DNA of 47,897 bases, from assembly GCA_964619545.1 (NCBI GenBank), contig CAZUED010000001.1, positions 1 to 47,897 of the forward strand, written 5' to 3'. Origin of the DNA: an uncultured Muribaculaceae bacterium. Lineage in GTDB: Bacteria; Pseudomonadota; Alphaproteobacteria; Rs-D84. Shown in pieces: positions 44,770-47,897 of this stretch (position 1 is the first letter of the stretch; each line of letters starts with the position of its first letter). The notes under the pieces were generated by a model. It ran no database searches and was not told the DNA's origin. It was given only the letters and a program-made list of their open reading frames with translations. Position numbers and translations under genes: made by a program.

Positions 44770-45086
44770 AAAAATTGTTTTTGATAATGCCGTTGGCGCT
44801 GTTTGCTTGTACTAACTCGGTTAAGCCAGAATCTGGCGCGGCGGCTTTGATAGAAATAAAGTCTGCCTCGGTCGAATGCAAGTTTTTATATATGATGGAT
44901 GCAGATGCAAGTTTTTACTCGGAAGCCGACGCAATAAGATATGTTGAAAATCAAATTGCCAAAAAAGGCGGAAATTCTTTTGTTATAGTAAAAAAAGAAA
45001 AGCGTCAAAACGAATGGAAAATGTTTGCGCCCGAATACTCTTATGCTATAACCGCGAATGTTTATGATTGCCCAGCTGTCAAATAA
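44766..45086 (+). CDS. Small lipoprotein (DUF4156-like)
   Basis: 106 aa. Lipobox LALFAC; Cys...GGNSFVIV...VYDC pattern. ATGA overlap with lpxC. Confidence 0.6.
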   Translation: MKKLFLIMPLALFACTNSVKPESGAAALIEIKSASVECKFLYMMDADASFYSEADAIRYVENQIAKKGGNSFVIVKKEKRQNEWKMFAPEYSYAITANVYDCPAVK

Positions 45087-45095
45087 TTTGTATAA

Positions 45096-46364
45096 TTGGA
45101 AAAACGGAGGGAGTTTTTGTCGGCAGGGGTTATAACTATTGAGCGCAAAAAATATGCGGTCGGGCTGTTTTGGCAGCCGTTGCCCGCTGGTCAAAATACC
45201 CGTGATTTTGCCAGGCAACTTTCCAAGCAGATTACAGGAAGTGTAAAATTTTATGCCGAGTTCAGATCAATGGTTGGTGTTGGTACTCGCGCGCTGGGTC
45301 ATCGCCGAGGTATGAAGATCGCCGCTATTGAGATTATAAATGCTTTTGCAGAGTATAATTCATTTTTGGCCGAATTTTTTACCCCGCAGGGTTTTTGGAT
45401 TATAGCAGTCAGAAACAACATCATAATTTTTGACCAATTATTTGGTGCCGAGGCCGAAGCAAAGCGGGAATTTATAAATTTATCAGCATTGCCAGACTGG
45501 GGTATAATTATTGCGCCCGGAAACTGGAATGTTCCAAGATCGGTCGAGAAATCTTTGCGCGACATTATTTCGGGAAATTCTAAAGTAGCATTGACACCAA
45601 TAGGCGGCACATTGGGAAATATTTTTTCAATAGCGGTTTTTGCCGCTATTGCTTCTGTTTTTTGGTATTTTTTCCAAGACCCAATAATCAAAGTTTTTGC
45701 CCCTCGTGCACAACAAGCACAAATAAATCCCCAGGTTATAGAAGAGTACAAACGGCAATTGGAAATCAAAAAAATCCAACAAGAAGACGTTATTCAACCG
45801 ATACGCGCTGATATGCCTTATGATAATCTGCCAGATGCGCTACTTTATGCTGAAAAATGCTGGAGATCCATAGCCTATGTTATGCAGCCGATTACAGGTT
45901 GGGTTCAGCAAAGTGCAGAATGTATAGATAATACTGCCAGCGCCAGGTTTGTTCGCACTTATGGAACGCTTGCAGGTTTGCATGAATCTGCATACTCTTT
46001 GATGGGTGATGTGTTTATTGTTGAAAATACTGATTCTGATGCTGTGATTAGTGTGCCTTTTGCTCCTTTACCACCAGCTGAGAACAATACACCAAAAAAT
46101 CTGACCGAGGACATTGTTTTTTCAATAAGCAGTTTATTTCAGACAATTGGTGAATCTGCAAATGTCCGATCTGGTATGGAAACAAGCGGAGAGGGAGAAG
46201 CGGCCGTAACATCAAATGTGGTTATAGTAAGTGCCGCATCGAAGTTAAAGCCGGATGAATTTATCAAAATTTTTGATGGAATTTCACCGCTTTATTTATC
46301 GTCTGTCAAATGGGATGCGCGATCGCGCACTTGGAACTATGAGGTTAAAATCTATGCTAAATAA
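45096..46364 (+). CDS. PilO2-like type IVb pilus biogenesis protein (bitopic inner-membrane protein)
   Basis: 422-aa ORF. A likelier start is the TTG at 45117, after GGAGGG. N-terminal ...VITIERKKYAVGLFWQPL... resembles the PilO/PilO2 (PAP_PilO) N-terminus as I recall it. Single central TM IFSIAVFAAIASVFWYFF. Followed by PilP-like and ATPase genes. Confidence 0.55.
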   Translation: MEKRREFLSAGVITIERKKYAVGLFWQPLPAGQNTRDFARQLSKQITGSVKFYAEFRSMVGVGTRALGHRRGMKIAAIEIINAFAEYNSFLAEFFTPQGFWIIAVRNNIIIFDQLFGAEAEAKREFINLSALPDWGIIIAPGNWNVPRSVEKSLRDIISGNSKVALTPIGGTLGNIFSIAVFAAIASVFWYFFQDPIIKVFAPRAQQAQINPQVIEEYKRQLEIKKIQQEDVIQPIRADMPYDNLPDALLYAEKCWRSIAYVMQPITGWVQQSAECIDNTASARFVRTYGTLAGLHESAYSLMGDVFIVENTDSDAVISVPFAPLPPAENNTPKNLTEDIVFSISSLFQTIGESANVRSGMETSGEGEAAVTSNVVIVSAASKLKPDEFIKIFDGISPLYLSSVKWDARSRTWNYEVKIYAK

Positions 46365-46989
46365 AAAATATAAAACCCCCATGGCGGCCATGTTTGTTAT
46401 TGCTTTGGCGTTCATGCCATCACTAGCAAGAAGTGCCGAAAATGTAAACGTTGAAGAATACGATCCGGCTGGTTCAATGTTCCAAATGATTACTGATTTG
46501 GAGCAAGAAAAAGTCATCTGGCAGTTGGAAAAAGAAAAAGCACAACTGCAACTGGATATGGACAGAATGGCAGCAGAGCAAATGCGCTTGAAAAACGAAA
46601 TGGACGCAATGCAAGGTTCAGGCAATACCCAGGCCGAGGCATTAGAACTGGAGCGCCAAAGATTAGAAATTGAAAAACAAAAATTAGAAGCGCAAAGAAA
46701 AAGTATTGATGAATCAGTCGTAACACCAACCAGAACTTCTGCGACCAATCGGGTCGAAGTTGAAGAACAATCGCCTATACAAGAAAAATACAGATTGATT
46801 GAAATTGTTGGTGCTGGACGCCAGTTGCTGGCAACGGTCGAGGACAATGCGACAGGTCAGCGCAAAAAGATTTCTGTTGGAAAAGATTTGGACGGCTATC
46901 GTATTGATTCTGTATCGTTAGATGAGGGTGTTATTATGTCAAAAGATGGACAGATTGCAACACTTGGGATTCATGCCGATCAACAATAG
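46354..46989 (+). CDS. PilP-like type IVb pilus biogenesis protein
   Basis: ATG at 46354 inside ORF 46255..46989, overlapping the previous gene by 11 nt. Signal peptide MAAMFVIALAFMPSLARSA, coiled coil, C-terminal beta domain YRLIEIVGAGRQLLATVEDNATGQRKKISVGKDLDGYRIDSVSLDEGVIM typical of PilP. Confidence 0.55.
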   Translation: MLNKKYKTPMAAMFVIALAFMPSLARSAENVNVEEYDPAGSMFQMITDLEQEKVIWQLEKEKAQLQLDMDRMAAEQMRLKNEMDAMQGSGNTQAEALELERQRLEIEKQKLEAQRKSIDESVVTPTRTSATNRVEVEEQSPIQEKYRLIEIVGAGRQLLATVEDNATGQRKKISVGKDLDGYRIDSVSLDEGVIMSKDGQIATLGIHADQQ

Positions 46990-47000
46990 TTTAATTAAAT

Positions 47001-47897
47001 ATGTCTGTACGAAAAAATCTTGAAAAAGAACAATTATCTGAAAGCAGTGTTACATTATCTGTTCCGGGTGATGTCGCGGCATTAACCCAGAAAGAAATAA
47101 TAGAACATCTTTTTTATAAGGGGAATACTCTGCTGACAGCAACCGGTGGTGCACTGGAGACCGCGCGCGATACCCAAAATCTTTTAGCATATTTTTCAGG
47201 TGGTGAAATTGTTATTTCGCGCACACATCGATATGATGGCCGGGTAATTTCTTTCTTGGAATTGCTGAAAAAAGAGAAGCGCATAGTTAAAGAGCCTTTC
47301 TATAGCGATCTGGGTTTGATTTCTGTAATTTACCGATTTAATGAGACCAAAACTGCTGGTTCGCCAACACGTGCACCGATGTATTATGATAATCAGATGC
47401 AAAAGGACTTTGTGGATATAATTGCGCGTGCTGCATCCATGAAAGTTTCTGACATTCATATAGAAGTTGCGGACCAGACAACAATTTATTTCCGTCTAGA
47501 TGGCAGCATGCAGTCTGTCATGGAATATAATTCTGGATGGGGCGAATCATTTATTCGTGCAGCTTTTGCATCTGCAGATCAATCAAGTTCTAACTATGCT
47601 CAGAACGAGTATCAAAGCGCACAAAAAGATGGGCGCACACCTTTACGCGGAACTCGTGATCTTTACCTGCCTGCTGGGATTATGGGTGTTAGAATGCAGT
47701 TTAATCCGATTGCATTCGGAAGTCGATATGTTGTTATGCGATTGCTTTATGATAATCCAACCGAAACAATAAAGACGGAACAAGAGTTTGGTGAATATGA
47801 ACGAAATCTGTTGATGCGTATGCGTTCTTTTCCGACGGGCCTTGTTGTGGTTGCGGGTCCAACTAGCAGCGGTAAATCAACAACTTTGTTTCAGAAT
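47001..47897 (+). CDS. GspE/PilB-family secretion ATPase (PilQ-like type IVb pilus assembly ATPase), 3' end beyond the window
   Basis: Absent from the ORF track because it is open-ended. My translation from the ATG at 47001 gives ...ASMKVSDIHIEVADQTTIYFRLDGSM...VRMQFNPIAFGSRYVVMRLL...GLVVVAGPTSSGKSTTLFQN (Walker A). Confidence 0.8.
   Translation, partial: MSVRKNLEKEQLSESSVTLSVPGDVAALTQKEIIEHLFYKGNTLLTATGGALETARDTQNLLAYFSGGEIVISRTHRYDGRVISFLELLKKEKRIVKEPFYSDLGLISVIYRFNETKTAGSPTRAPMYYDNQMQKDFVDIIARAASMKVSDIHIEVADQTTIYFRLDGSMQSVMEYNSGWGESFIRAAFASADQSSSNYAQNEYQSAQKDGRTPLRGTRDLYLPAGIMGVRMQFNPIAFGSRYVVMRLLYDNPTETIKTEQEFGEYERNLLMRMRSFPTGLVVVAGPTSSGKSTTLFQN

Overview
AT-rich (about 35-40% GC by eye), very gene-dense chromosomal segment with no rRNA, CRISPR array, transposase or integrase. 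Gene content suggests a reduced-genome alphaproteobacterium, Rickettsiales/Holosporales-like (inference): alpha-type SspB, DUF374-lpxK arrangement, type-2 IleRS, short-form L36, BP26/SIMPL and an isolated virB3-virB4 pair. Most of the window is housekeeping: rpmG, argS, nusA-infB, recF, sspB, mnmG, ileS, nth, rpmI-rplT-pheS-pheT, mreC-mreD-mrdA-rodA-topA-dnaG, ychF, rpmJ, lpxK-lpxC and three tRNAs (Cys-GCA, Thr-CGT, initiator Met-CAT). Genes often overlap by 1-19 nt, and several convergent pairs share a bidirectional hairpin terminator. Seven accessory or unexplained parts stand out. (1) A tolC / macA-like adaptor / ABC ATPase / permease efflux operon carries an unrecognisable 241-aa cytoplasmic ORF, translationally coupled between the ATPase and permease genes. 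(2) A GT11 fucosyltransferase-like gene full of A/T homopolymers lies just 3' of tRNA-Cys. (3) A 277-bp AT-rich region with repeated TTGTTGAAAA motifs lies upstream of virB3-virB4. (4) virB4 is followed by a secreted HExxH protein in the position normally held by virB5. (5) A GC-rich structured leader upstream of a GT2 glycosyltransferase has three mutually exclusive 10-nt pairing segments and an intrinsic terminator, so it looks riboswitch- or attenuator-like. (6) A small islet 3' of tRNA-fMet holds a KTSC protein and a 41-aa K/S/T-rich ORF. (7) A type IVb pilus-like module (PilO2-like, PilP-like, GspE-family ATPase) follows directly on a DUF374-lpxK-lpxC-lipoprotein operon and runs off the window. 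All homology calls come from motif recognition by eye; no searches were run.
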